DNA of 64,000 nt from an uncultured Bacilli bacterium (GTDB lineage Bacteria; Bacillota_I; Bacilli_A; RF39; UBA660): assembly GCA_947630575.1 (NCBI GenBank), contig CANRIB010000004.1, positions 3,027-67,026 on the forward strand, given 5' to 3'. Positions 53,034 through 63,584 of this stretch are shown in pieces. Each line of letters begins with the position of its first letter. Position 1 is the first letter of the stretch. The notes beneath the pieces are model-generated. The model saw only the letters and a program-made list of their open reading frames with translations. It made no database searches and had not been told where the DNA came from. A program made the translations under genes and the position numbers.

Positions 53034-53958
53034 TATTATTGTTCCATGTTATAATGAAGAAGAAGCTATACCATATTTTTATGAAGAAATTAAAAAAGTA
53101 GCACAAGAAATGAATTATGTTACTTTTGAATATTTGTTTATAAATGATGGGTCTAAAGATAATACTTTAGAGAAATTAAGAGAATTAAGTCGGAAAGATA
53201 AAAAAGTAAGATATATATCATTTTCGCGTAATTTTGGGAAAGAAGCGGCTATGTATGCCGGACTTAAAAATGTAACTGGGGATTATGTTGCTATTATGGA
53301 TGCTGATTTACAGGATCCTCCTAGTTTACTTCCAAAGATGTATAATTATCTTAAAAATGAAGATTATGATACTGTTGGAACTAGAAGAGTTACAAGAAAA
53401 GGAGAACCACCAATTAGAAGTTTTTTTGCAAGGATGTTTTATAAAATAATAAATAAAATGTCTAAAGTAGAAATGGTTGATGGGGCTCGAGATTATAGAT
53501 TAATGAAAAGACAAGTCGTGGATGCGATAATTGAACTTAAAGAGTATAATCGTTATTCTAAAGGATTATTTAGTTTTGTTGGTTTTAATACTAAATGGAT
53601 TGAATATGAAAATGTTAAGAGAGTAGCAGGAGAAACTAAATGGAGTTTTTGGAAATTATTTTTGTATGCCTTAGATGGAATTACAGCTTTTTCGGTAGTA
53701 CCACTTGCAATGGCATCTATTATGGGACTTCTTTTTTGCTTTATTGCTTTTGTGATGATTATTGTAATTATTTGTAAAACTTTAATATGGGGAGATCCCG
53801 TGAGTGGTTGGCCTTCAATGGTTTGTATTATCTTTTTAGTAAGTGGGGTACAACTATTTTGTATAGGGATACTTAGTCAATATTTGTCTAAAACTTATTT
53901 GGAAACTAAAAATAGATCGATATATATTATTAAAGAAACAGAGAAAGATAATAAATAA
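53014..53958 (+). CDS. GT2 bactoprenol-phosphate glycosyltransferase (GtrB/CsbB-like)
   Basis: IIVPCYNEE, DADLQDPP, and two C-terminal TM helices. Confidence 0.88.
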   Translation: MKKEKISIIVPCYNEEEAIPYFYEEIKKVAQEMNYVTFEYLFINDGSKDNTLEKLRELSRKDKKVRYISFSRNFGKEAAMYAGLKNVTGDYVAIMDADLQDPPSLLPKMYNYLKNEDYDTVGTRRVTRKGEPPIRSFFARMFYKIINKMSKVEMVDGARDYRLMKRQVVDAIIELKEYNRYSKGLFSFVGFNTKWIEYENVKRVAGETKWSFWKLFLYALDGITAFSVVPLAMASIMGLLFCFIAFVMIIVIICKTLIWGDPVSGWPSMVCIIFLVSGVQLFCIGILSQYLSKTYLETKNRSIYIIKETEKDNK

Positions 53959-53972
53959 TATAGGGGGATTAA

Positions 53973-55784
53973 ATGAAATTAAAGAAAATGCTAACTTATA
54001 ATATAAAAACATTAGTTAAATTTGAAGTTATTTATAAGTTTTTATCAGCCTTAATATTTATGCCTTTATTTTTGGGTGGTTTTAGATTAATTACAAAGAT
54101 AAGCGGATATAGTTATCTTACTTTTGAAAACTTTTTTTCTTTTTTAACTAATCCTTTGGTAATAATATTTTTACTTATTTTACTGGTATTATTAACTTTT
54201 TATACTGTTATTGATATAGGGACAATTATAGTTATTTTAGATAGTTCTTATAATGAAAAAAGAATAGGTGTTCGAAATTCAGTAATAATAGCTTTAAGTA
54301 AAATAAAAAAGATATTTAAATTAAAAAATATTTTGCTTTCTTTTTTAGTAATATTTTTAATACCTTTTTTACATATTGGGGTGTCTTCTAGTTTTATTGG
54401 AACAATTAAAATACCAGAGTTTATATTAGATCATATATTTAAAGATAAGTTTTTGTTAAGTTTATATATTGGGGTTGTAGCCTTGCTTATTTATTTACTT
54501 TTTAGATGGTTATATGGGATACATTATTTTATATTGGAAGATTGTGATTTTAAAGAAGCCAGAAAAAGAAGTATAAATTTAAGTAAGAAAAATAAGATTA
54601 AAGATTTTTTAGTTATTTTGGGAGTTCAGTTTATTATTGCCTTAATTTATGTTGTATTTATTTTACTCGGTATAGCTTTAATAGTGTTGTTATATAAATT
54701 ATGGGGAAAGGTTAATATTTTAGGGAATCTTGCAATTACAATTATTTGGCTTTTAATCGCAGTATCTTTTGTAGTTATGACTCTTTTATCAACACCAATT
54801 AGTTATGCGATTATAAGTGGTTTATTTTATAAACATAAAGAAAAAATAGGAGAAAAAATTGTTCATGTTAATATTAAAGAACAAGAAAAAAATACAATAA
54901 ATAAGAAGTTTAAAACATTAAAATATATAGTGATTATTTTATTAATTGGAAGTGGAACAGTTTTAACTTATGAAGTTATTAATGGTAAAAATGATTTAAA
55001 AATAGAATATGTGCGATTGATGGATGTTACGGCACATCGTGGGGCTTCGGTTAAGTATCCAGAAAATACTATGAGGGCTTTTCGAGGGGCAAAAGAAATG
55101 GGAGCAGATTTTATTGAACTTGATGTCCAACAAACTAAAGATAAAAAATTAATTGTTTTACATGATACTAATTTAAAAAGAACAACCGGAGTTAATAAAA
55201 ATACTTGGGATGTGACATATGAAGAAATAGAAAAGTTAGATGCGGGTAGTTTTTTAGATAAAAAATTTAAGGGAGAAAAAATACCTTTATTAGAGGAAGT
55301 AATAAAGTATGCCAAAAATAATAATATTAAACTTAATATTGAGTTAAAACCAACAGGAAAAGAGACAGATTTTGAGTCATCAGTTGTTGAGTTAATTAAA
55401 AAATATGATTTTTTGGATAGTTCCGTTGTTACTTCGCAAGTTTATGAAGTATTAGAAAATGTAAAAAAGTGTGATAAAAATGTTAAAACAGTTTATGTTA
55501 TGAGTCTTGCTTATGGAGATATTTTGAAGTTAGATGCCGCCGATAATTTTAGTATTGAAGCTTCAAGTATTAATAAACTTTTGGTTAAAAAGCTTCATAA
55601 TGCAGGAAAGGAAATATATGCTTGGACGGTTAATACTAAAGAGAGTATTTCTAAAATGATAGAGTTAAATGTGGATAATATTATTACGGATGATATAATT
55701 TTAGCTAGAGATACTATTTATACAAGTAAGACTAGTGATGTTATTCAAGAGTATATTAAACTCGTTAATAATTTATTTAAATAG
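53973..55784 (+). CDS. Membrane-domain glycerophosphodiester phosphodiesterase
   Basis: N-terminal polytopic domain plus GDPD core (AHRGAS..PENT, ELDVQQTKDKKLIVLHD, IELK). Confidence 0.85.
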   Translation: MKLKKMLTYNIKTLVKFEVIYKFLSALIFMPLFLGGFRLITKISGYSYLTFENFFSFLTNPLVIIFLLILLVLLTFYTVIDIGTIIVILDSSYNEKRIGVRNSVIIALSKIKKIFKLKNILLSFLVIFLIPFLHIGVSSSFIGTIKIPEFILDHIFKDKFLLSLYIGVVALLIYLLFRWLYGIHYFILEDCDFKEARKRSINLSKKNKIKDFLVILGVQFIIALIYVVFILLGIALIVLLYKLWGKVNILGNLAITIIWLLIAVSFVVMTLLSTPISYAIISGLFYKHKEKIGEKIVHVNIKEQEKNTINKKFKTLKYIVIILLIGSGTVLTYEVINGKNDLKIEYVRLMDVTAHRGASVKYPENTMRAFRGAKEMGADFIELDVQQTKDKKLIVLHDTNLKRTTGVNKNTWDVTYEEIEKLDAGSFLDKKFKGEKIPLLEEVIKYAKNNNIKLNIELKPTGKETDFESSVVELIKKYDFLDSSVVTSQVYEVLENVKKCDKNVKTVYVMSLAYGDILKLDAADNFSIEASSINKLLVKKLHNAGKEIYAWTVNTKESISKMIELNVDNIITDDIILARDTIYTSKTSDVIQEYIKLVNNLFK

Positions 55785-55793
55785 GAGATAAAT

Positions 55794-56663
55794 ATGGAAT
55801 TAATTAAAGTAGGAGAAAAAACTTATTATATTAAAAATCCAACTAATATAGGAGTATATAAAATTAGTGATAATGAAGTTTATTTAATTGATACGGGTAA
55901 TGATAAAGATGCTGGGAAAAAGATAATTAAAATAATAGAAGAACAAGGGTGGATTATAAAAGGAATTATTAATACACATTCTAATGCTGATCATGTAGGG
56001 GGTAATAAAGTAATTCAAGATAGAACTGGGGCTATAATACTTGCTAATAAAATAGAGAAGTGTATTACAGAAAATCCTATTTTAGAACCATCTTTCTTGT
56101 ATGGTGGATATCCTTTTAAGGCTTTAAGAAATAAATTTTTGATGGCTAAAGAAAGTAAAGCGTTAGAAATAGATAATAATTTACCTCAAGGTTTAGAATA
56201 TTTTAGTTTAAAAGGGCATTTCTTTGATATGATTGGAATTAAGACTAGTGATGATGTCTATTTTATTGGTGACGCTTTATTTAGTGAAGATACTATTAAT
56301 AAATATCATTTATTCTTTATATATGATGTAGAAGAATATTTAAATACTTTAGAGTATTTAAGAGGTTTAAAAGGAAAATTGTTTGTTCCTTCGCATGGAG
56401 AAGCATTAAAAGATATTTCTTTACTCACCAATTTAAATAAAAAGAAAATAGAAGAAATAATAAATTTTATTTATGAAGAGTGTGAAAATAAAACTTTTGA
56501 AGAAATACTACAATCGGTTTTTAATCATTATAATTTAGTTATGGATGTTAATCAGTATGTATTGATTGGAAGCACTGTTAAGTCTTATCTTTCTTATTTA
56601 TGTGATAAAGGTAAGATAAATTATGAGTTTAATGATAATAAAATGATATGGAAAAAATTATAA
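55794..56663 (+). CDS. MBL-fold metallo-hydrolase
   Basis: THSNADHVGG (variant of HxHxDH) and a later SHGE motif. Confidence 0.72.
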   Translation: MELIKVGEKTYYIKNPTNIGVYKISDNEVYLIDTGNDKDAGKKIIKIIEEQGWIIKGIINTHSNADHVGGNKVIQDRTGAIILANKIEKCITENPILEPSFLYGGYPFKALRNKFLMAKESKALEIDNNLPQGLEYFSLKGHFFDMIGIKTSDDVYFIGDALFSEDTINKYHLFFIYDVEEYLNTLEYLRGLKGKLFVPSHGEALKDISLLTNLNKKKIEEIINFIYEECENKTFEEILQSVFNHYNLVMDVNQYVLIGSTVKSYLSYLCDKGKINYEFNDNKMIWKKL

Positions 56664-56717
56664 GTAATTTAAAGGGATGGTTAAAATGTTTTTAATTTAG
56701 TTATTATTATTTTAATA

Positions 56718-56977
56718 ATGATAATAATGACAATATTCTCATATGATGATTTGATTAGCATTTTACCTAGTATTGCAGTAATACTTTATAGTTTAGCTTT
56801 ATGGCAAGATAATTTAAAGATTACAAGAATAGCGGAAGTAATTTCTTGTATATTATTTATAATTTATAATATAAAGTTTTATGCAATCTCGGATTAGTAG
56901 CTACTGTATTAGAATTAATATTTGCTTTAGTTGCCATATATAGATTTGATATAAAGAAAGAGAAACAAATAAAGTAG
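56718..56977 (+). pseudogene. Frameshifted fragment of a YgjV-like inner-membrane protein
   Basis: The reading ...ILPSIAVILYSLALWQDNLKITRIAEVISCILFIIYNIKFYAIS stops at 56895. Shifting one base continues GLVATVLELIFALVAIYRFDIKKEKQIK*. The N-terminal half is missing. Confidence 0.4.
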
Positions 56978-57367
56978 TGGATTAGCTAGATAATTATGTA
57001 TTAAATTAAAAAGTTTATAGCTTTTAATTTATCAAATTATATTTTTGGTTCTTGTATTTATTAAAATATTAAAAAATGTTATTATTATATTAAGGATGAT
57101 AAATATGAATATTAATTATGAAAAGATAACAAGATTCATATTTATCCTTATACAAAGTCTTTTAGAGATTGCAAAAGTTCAAATAAATTAGTCATTAGAG
57201 CGATAACTTCATTTATATTTGAAAAATTATACTCTCAAGATTGGTTAAATCAAATAAATTAATTACATTAAATATAAAGGATATTACAATAGTTTTGAGA
57301 AAATTAATTAGACTGTATATCAAAATAAGCAAAAATTTGTTATAATTATACCCATGAGGTGATTGAT

Positions 57368-57916
57368 ATGTGGCTATACATAATTATAGCAATAGTGGTT
57401 ATTATTTTGATTGCATTATTTGTTACATATAACAGTTTGGTTCAATTAAATAATAAAGTCAAAGAAGCATTTGCAACAATGGATGTTTATTTGAAAAAAA
57501 GATGGGATTTAATTCCAAACATTGTTGAAACAGTGAAAGGATATACAAATCACGAAAAAAATACTTTAAAAGAAGTTATAGAATTGAGAAATAGTGCATA
57601 TGACAAAATGTCAGATGATGAAAAAATTAAAACAAATGAACAATTATCGAAAGGCATTAACAAGATTATGGCTTTAGCAGAGGCTTATCCTGATTTAAAA
57701 GCAAGTGAAAATTTTAAAGATTTAAGTAATCAACTTACAAAGGTTGAGGATGATATTGCAAATTCAAGAAAATATTATAATGGTACAGTAAGAATTTATA
57801 ATAATAAAGTAGAAATGTTTCCAAGCAATATAATAGCGAAGATATTTGGCTATAAGTCAAAAAATATGTTTGAAGCAAGTGAAATAGAAAGGGAAAATGT
57901 AAAAGTTGAATTATAA
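57368..57916 (+). CDS. lemA: LemA family protein
   Basis: N-terminal TM helix and YNSLVQLNNKVKEAFATMDVYLKKRWDLIPNIVETVKGY typical of LemA. TGAGGTGA RBS. Confidence 0.88.
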   Translation: MWLYIIIAIVVIILIALFVTYNSLVQLNNKVKEAFATMDVYLKKRWDLIPNIVETVKGYTNHEKNTLKEVIELRNSAYDKMSDDEKIKTNEQLSKGINKIMALAEAYPDLKASENFKDLSNQLTKVEDDIANSRKYYNGTVRIYNNKVEMFPSNIIAKIFGYKSKNMFEASEIERENVKVEL

Positions 57917-57928
57917 TGGAGGTAAACA

Positions 57929-60277
57929 ATGAAAAGAATTATTAAGGGGTTATCCTTATTTATATTAGTTGTATTATCTTTTACAATAACATTTTCAACA
58001 AATGCAAATGCTTTATCGCAACAAACGTCTTATATAAATATTAATGATACGGCTGAAAGTTTAACTATTGGTAATTTATCGTTTTCTAATATTACATTTA
58101 AAGATTATTCTTCCATTTCTACACAAGCTTTTGGTTTAACAGGAATTGTTGCTAATAATTCTGATAAAACTATTGATTATACGTCAACGGCATATTATTA
58201 CGATTCAAATTATAACTTAATTGCACAAGAATATAATTCGGGTACTGCAATAACAGGAACAAATAATTTTAATCAGATGTCCAATTTGAGTATTTTAAAT
58301 GGACATAGTGTAAGTGAGATATATTATTATCGTTTAGTAATTAATACTATAAGCAGTTTGGCAACTGGATCGGATATTTTATCTACTACTCCTAGTAAAA
58401 ATGATCAATATAGATCTTATGATTATGTAATAGATAAGTATGATATTAATATTATTGTTAATGAGAATAATACATTAGATATTACAGAAACAATTACTGC
58501 ATATTTTAATGTTGCAAAGCATGGAATATTTAGAACTATTCCACTAAAAAACACAATTACAAGATTAGACGGTACAACATCAAAAAATAGAACTCAAGTA
58601 ACTAATTTAAGTGTTGATAATGAATATACTACATCCAGAGAAAATGGAAATTATAAAATTCAAATAGGTTCAGCAAGTCGTACTTTAACAGGTGAACAAA
58701 CTTATGTAATAAAATACACTTATAATTTAGGAAAAGATCCTATCAAAGATTATGATGAGTTATATTACAATATTATTGGGGATGAATGGGATACAGTTAT
58801 TGGTAATGTTACTTTTACAATAACGATGCCAAAAAATTTTGATTCTAGTAAACTTGGCTTTTCATCAGGAAAAACAGGCTCTACTAATAATAGTGAAGTT
58901 AAATATAATGTAAGTGGATATAAAATAACTGGAAGCTATAATGGTATTCTTGAAGCTCAGGAAGCATTAACTGTAAGATGTGAACTTGATGAAGGCTATT
59001 TTGTTGGAGCTGGATTATCTATTAATGTAATAAACTATCTTGTTTTATTATTACCTGTAATTTTTCTAGGAGTTGCTGCATTAATATGGTATAGGTTTGG
59101 TCGTGATGAACAAGTTGTAGAAACAGTAGAATTTTATCCACCGGAAGGTTTTAATAGTTTAGAGGTTGGATTTTTATATAAAGGAAAAGCTGGTAATCAG
59201 GATGTTACATCTCTTCTTATATATTTAGCAAATAAAGGTTATATAAAAATAGCAGAAACTGAAGAAAAATCTTTATTTTCAAAATCAACAGGTTTTAAAA
59301 TAATGAAATTAAAAGAATATGATGGTAATAATTTAAATGAACAAATATTTTTAGATGGCTTATTTACAAAGCAACCAAAATTTAAATCATTATTTTCAAA
59401 AGAAAATGAAAATGTAGAAAATAATATAACTGAGGTAACATCATCAGATTTATACGATAACTTTTATATTACAATGAATAAAATATTATCTAATATAAAT
59501 AATAAAGAAAATAAAAACAAAATATTTGAAAAATCAGCATCTAGTAAATCTATATTTATTATTTTAATGATAATTGTTACTTATTGTTTAATTACTATTC
59601 CTCCAATACTTACTTATGGACAAGCAGATACACTTATTTTTGCTTTATTATTTCCTGGAATTGGTTTTACATTAATGTTTAATATGTTATTTGGTGGCAA
59701 ACAAACTATTTATGTTAATGGTAGAACTACTAATTCAGCAATAGTAACAAAGATATTTGGTTTAGTATGGGGTGGTATGTTTGGAGGAGTGCCTTGGGCT
59801 TTTATTGTTCTTCCTACATTATTGCAAGATCCAATATATTTAATTGGATATATAGTTGGGGTAGTATGTGTTTTAGGAATGGTAATATGTTTAAAATATT
59901 TGCCAAAGAGAACTCAATATGGTAATGAAATGTTAGGAAAATTAAGAGGTTTTAAAAATTTCCTAGAAACAGCAGAAAAAGAAAAATTAGAAGCAATGGT
60001 TATGCAAGATCCAACATATTTTTATAATATTTTACCTTATACTTATGTTTTAGGTGTATCTGATACATGGATTAAAAAGTTTGAAACAATATCATTACAA
60101 GCTCCTAGTTGGTATGATAGTCCAAATACATTTGATATGATTGCATTTGGAACATTTATGAATACTACTATGGTCTCTGCTCAAAGCGTTATGTCATCTA
60201 GTCCATCCAGTGGTTCGTCAAGTGGTGGTGGTTCTTCTGGAGGAGGCTCTGGAGGAGGCGGAGGTGGTTCTTGGTAG
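57929..60277 (+). CDS. DUF2207-family membrane protein with Gly/Ser-rich tail
   Basis: Signal peptide, ectodomain, TM helices and a C-terminal SSGGGSSGGGSGGGGGGSW tail. The classical genomic partner of LemA. Confidence 0.8.
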   Translation: MKRIIKGLSLFILVVLSFTITFSTNANALSQQTSYININDTAESLTIGNLSFSNITFKDYSSISTQAFGLTGIVANNSDKTIDYTSTAYYYDSNYNLIAQEYNSGTAITGTNNFNQMSNLSILNGHSVSEIYYYRLVINTISSLATGSDILSTTPSKNDQYRSYDYVIDKYDINIIVNENNTLDITETITAYFNVAKHGIFRTIPLKNTITRLDGTTSKNRTQVTNLSVDNEYTTSRENGNYKIQIGSASRTLTGEQTYVIKYTYNLGKDPIKDYDELYYNIIGDEWDTVIGNVTFTITMPKNFDSSKLGFSSGKTGSTNNSEVKYNVSGYKITGSYNGILEAQEALTVRCELDEGYFVGAGLSINVINYLVLLLPVIFLGVAALIWYRFGRDEQVVETVEFYPPEGFNSLEVGFLYKGKAGNQDVTSLLIYLANKGYIKIAETEEKSLFSKSTGFKIMKLKEYDGNNLNEQIFLDGLFTKQPKFKSLFSKENENVENNITEVTSSDLYDNFYITMNKILSNINNKENKNKIFEKSASSKSIFIILMIIVTYCLITIPPILTYGQADTLIFALLFPGIGFTLMFNMLFGGKQTIYVNGRTTNSAIVTKIFGLVWGGMFGGVPWAFIVLPTLLQDPIYLIGYIVGVVCVLGMVICLKYLPKRTQYGNEMLGKLRGFKNFLETAEKEKLEAMVMQDPTYFYNILPYTYVLGVSDTWIKKFETISLQAPSWYDSPNTFDMIAFGTFMNTTMVSAQSVMSSSPSSGSSSGGGSSGGGSGGGGGGSW

Positions 60278-60330
60278 CCACAAGCCACTATAGAAAAAGG
60301 CAATGCTAATAATTTGAAGTTGTAAGATAA

Positions 60331-60362
60331 AAGTAGACACAAAAAAATGTGTTTACTTTTTC
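60331..60362 (+). terminator. Intrinsic terminator
   Basis: AGTAGACACA...TGTGTTTACT hairpin plus TTTT. Confidence 0.6.
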
Positions 60363-60458
60363 TTTGGTATATTTATTAAAATGTTAATTTTAGTTGACAA
60401 ATTTCCAATAGAAATTGGTAGATTTCAACTAAAATAAAATGTATAATTTTGGTGTGAG

Positions 60459-61115
60459 GTGAGAAAAGTGAATACTTTAGGTGAAAGATTGTTTAAGCTA
60501 AGAAGAGATAAAAAATTATCTCAAGAAGAAGTAGCAGAAAAATTAAATGTTACAAGACAAACAATTTCAAAATGGGAAACAAATCAAAGTATGCCTGATT
60601 TTGATAAAGTTGTTCCATTATGTGAATTATATAATATAACTCCTGATGAACTCTTTATTGAATTAAAAGGAAAGGAAACTTCAAAAAATAATGAATTTGT
60701 TATTGATTTAGAAGAAGAAAAACTAAAGACAAGTAAGAAAGCAAAAGGAATAGCCATTGGTGTTGTATTATATTTTTTGGGAGTTGTTTGGACAATGATT
60801 TCGATTCCTGTTATGAATATGAACCCAATAGTTGCATCTGCTATATTTTTACTTATTTGTGGGTTTGCAACAGGTACAATAATCTATGTCTGTATTAGAT
60901 ATAAAAAAATAAAAACTCTTAAAGAAACAAAAATGGATAGATTAAGAAATCAAATTTCAAATGTAGTAGCCATAATAGTTACTATTATATACTTAATTAT
61001 TAGTTTCAAAACTATGGCTTGGCATTTAACATGGATAATATGGTTAATATTTGGCTTATTTGAAGAAATATTAAAATTAATATTTATGCTTAGGAGTTAT
61101 AAAGATGAAAAATAA
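60459..61115 (+). CDS. Membrane-bound XRE-family HTH protein
   Basis: LSQEEVAEKLNVTRQTISKWETNQSMPD HTH followed by 4 TM helices. Confidence 0.8.
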   Translation: MRKVNTLGERLFKLRRDKKLSQEEVAEKLNVTRQTISKWETNQSMPDFDKVVPLCELYNITPDELFIELKGKETSKNNEFVIDLEEEKLKTSKKAKGIAIGVVLYFLGVVWTMISIPVMNMNPIVASAIFLLICGFATGTIIYVCIRYKKIKTLKETKMDRLRNQISNVVAIIVTIIYLIISFKTMAWHLTWIIWLIFGLFEEILKLIFMLRSYKDEK

Positions 61116-61992
61116 AAAATGGATTATAACATTAATTATTTTGTTATCTATTGTTATGGTAGCACTTTCAATATTTTTTGTTGGTCTTTTACAAAGTGAT
61201 TTTAAATTTAAGGGTTTTAGAATTGGACTTCAAATTAGTAATGAAATGATATTAGATAAAACTTATGAAGATAAATTTAATAATATTGTGATAGATGCTA
61301 CTACAAGTGAAATTTTTATAAAAAGATCCGATACGGAAAATATTAAAGCTGTAATTTATGGTGAAAAAGATTATACTGCTGTTGAAACTAATCTTAATTC
61401 TTTAAATGTTAAAATAAACGAAAAAGATTGTGTTGTTTTTTGTTTTAATCAAAAGTCTGCAAAAGTAGAAATATATTTGCCAAAAGAATATGATGGAAAA
61501 ATTGATCTAAAAAATGATTATGGTGATATTTTTATTGATGAATTTTTAAATGCTAATATTGATATTGAAGAAGACTGTGGAAATGTTAAAATACTTGGTG
61601 GAAATATAATTAAAGTAGATAATAATTATGGCGATATAAGAATAGAGAAGGCTAATGAATTAACTATAAATGAAGATTGTGGAGATGTCATAGTTTCTGA
61701 TACCAATGATGCAACAGTAAAAAATAATTATGGAGATATAAAAATTGAAGCTATTAATAATTTTTTTCGTCTGGAAAATGATTGTGGAGATACAGAACTT
61801 AATAATATTAATTTAAACAAAGATTCTTATATTAAAAATGATTTTGGTGATATAGAAATAGGTAATACAAATGAATTATTTATCGATGCCAAAACAGATT
61901 TAGGAAAAGTGAAAATTAATAATAATTATAATAAATCTGATATTACCTTAAAAATAGAAAATGATTGTGGAGATATAAAAGTAAATAATTAA
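61105..61992 (+). CDS. DUF4097-like beta-helical putative adhesin (LiaG/YvlB-like)
   Basis: Signal anchor and about 9 repeats centred on (N/E)(D/N)(C/Y)GD(I/V)x(I/V). Overlaps the upstream HTH gene. Confidence 0.7.
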   Translation: MKNKKWIITLIILLSIVMVALSIFFVGLLQSDFKFKGFRIGLQISNEMILDKTYEDKFNNIVIDATTSEIFIKRSDTENIKAVIYGEKDYTAVETNLNSLNVKINEKDCVVFCFNQKSAKVEIYLPKEYDGKIDLKNDYGDIFIDEFLNANIDIEEDCGNVKILGGNIIKVDNNYGDIRIEKANELTINEDCGDVIVSDTNDATVKNNYGDIKIEAINNFFRLENDCGDTELNNINLNKDSYIKNDFGDIEIGNTNELFIDAKTDLGKVKINNNYNKSDITLKIENDCGDIKVNN

Positions 61993-62081
61993 AAGAAATA
62001 GCAAATATATATAAAGTTCGTTTTTTCGTGGTATAATATTTAGTGATAAAAATAGTAATTTGAAAGTGAGTTGATATAATA

Positions 62082-62381
62082 ATGGCTACAACAAAAGAGT
62101 ATAAAGATTTTGTATTGGAACAATTAAATTTATTAGATACCATTACTTGCAAATCAATGATGGGAGAATATTTACTTTATTATAATGGAATATTATTTGG
62201 TGGTATCTATGATGATAGATTACTTGTTAAGATAGTAGATAGTAATAAAAAATACAATATGCAAGAATCTATACCTTATGATGGTGCTAAACCTATGTAT
62301 TTAGCTCGTGATGTAGATAACAAAGAATTATTAAGAGAAATTGTTATTGAAACTTGTAAAGGCTTACCAATAAAAAAGTAA
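62082..62381 (+). CDS. TfoX N-terminal domain protein
   Basis: 99 aa. KSMMGEYLLYYNGILFGGIYDDRLLVK is typical of TfoX_N. Confidence 0.78.
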   Translation: MATTKEYKDFVLEQLNLLDTITCKSMMGEYLLYYNGILFGGIYDDRLLVKIVDSNKKYNMQESIPYDGAKPMYLARDVDNKELLREIVIETCKGLPIKK

Positions 62382-62396
62382 AGAGGTTTAAATTAT

Positions 62397-62642
62397 ATGA
62401 ATAAAGAAATATTATTATCAAATATTGATAAAATTCATACTACTGAAATGGGTATTGATAGAATTAAAAAAAATCTAAAATTAGATACAAATGATGTAGT
62501 AGAATATTGTAAAAATAAAGTTTTAGAAAAAAATTGTAATATATTTAAACAAGGAAAGAATTGGTATTGTGAGATTGAAAATATAATAATAACTATTAAC
62601 TCATATAGTTATACAATTATAACAGCACATACTATTCGCTAA
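62397..62642 (+). CDS. DUF3781 family protein
   Basis: 81 aa with the pattern IHTTEMGIDRIKKNL...GKNWYC. Confidence 0.6.
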   Translation: MNKEILLSNIDKIHTTEMGIDRIKKNLKLDTNDVVEYCKNKVLEKNCNIFKQGKNWYCEIENIIITINSYSYTIITAHTIR

Positions 62643-62785
62643 ACTACAATTTCTATTAGCAAAATCTATATGTGATTTGCTTTTTCTATGTATAAAAAAA
62701 TAAATTTTTGAAACTTTTTTTTAAAAAATTGGGATTATTATATTGTAGGTGATGAATATGGCTAGCGAGTCTTACCTATATAAAT

Positions 62786-63319
62786 TTAATTATATATATG
62801 ATAAAACTTTTTATCAAAAGAAATATTATCACATTTGCATTTATTTGGAACATGTTTAACATCTATTTGCCATTTAATACCTAAATTTTTAGGTGTATCA
62901 TACTTTTTAGGAGTATATTTAGAAGTATTTTTAATATTAATTTGTTTATAAAAACCAATTTTTTTAAGAAATCTATATAAACTAACTGGATGTCTAGAAT
63001 AGCCTTTATTTATTTTAAGCTTATACCATAATTCACAGAGAGTAATATGGGGATTTCTTCTAATATAATTTTTAATCCATTTAATTTTTAAATCAGAATG
63101 CGAATTAGGATGTTTAGATAAAGGTTTATGAGACTTATCAATTAAAGATTCTTTAGTACCATCAAATTTTTTATTTCATCGTTATAAAGAAGATTTAGAT
63201 ATATGATATTTGCGACAAACATAGTTTGAACTATTGCCATTTCTATAAGAAGATACAGCATAAAATTTTGTATTCAAATCATGTGGTAAATATCTAACGT
63301 TTTGTGATATAATATTCAT
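62786..63319 (-). pseudogene. Decayed, 3'-truncated IS481-like (rve-type) transposase gene
   Basis: HTH region ...CRKYHISKSSL*R*NKKF has TAA and TGA where Y and W are expected. Continues to WQIDVKHVP (start of the DDE core) and then ends. Confidence 0.6.
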
Positions 63320-63584
63320 AGTGATTCAAGTCCTTTCGTATATTGTTTGTACAACTCAATTATACAACTTGAATCACTTTTTTATATATAAACGTTTTAT
63401 ATCAATTGTAATACAACAAGATAATGAAAGGGTTTAATTGAAATTGTTTGACTTATAAGTAAAATAATGTTAATATATATAACAATACATTTTATATTTG
63501 AATTAGATTTTTTGGAGGAGGCGGACCTTATTTTGTGTCCACTTTTTTAATTGTTTTGTAATTGAAAAGAGATGAGAAAATATT

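Noticed and set aside
57105-57262. Short ORFs in the 56980-57358 spacer (for example MNINYEKITRFIFILIQSLLEIAKVQIN)
   Set aside because: They are too short, broken across frames, and have no recognisable family. Probably degraded sequence.
63176-63184. Possibility that TGA encodes Trp (genetic code 4), suggested by TGA at a Trp position in the IS fragment
   Set aside because: An adjacent TAA also replaces Tyr. TGA clearly terminates well-supported genes, for example the ORF ending at 17165. These are nonsense mutations in a pseudogene.
63483-63550. Possible small RNA or leader peptide downstream of the TTGACT-17-TAATAT promoter (contains GGAGGAGG and a weak hairpin plus T run)
   Set aside because: The hairpin is only about 4-5 bp. 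The region is more simply the 5' UTR of the LysR gene.
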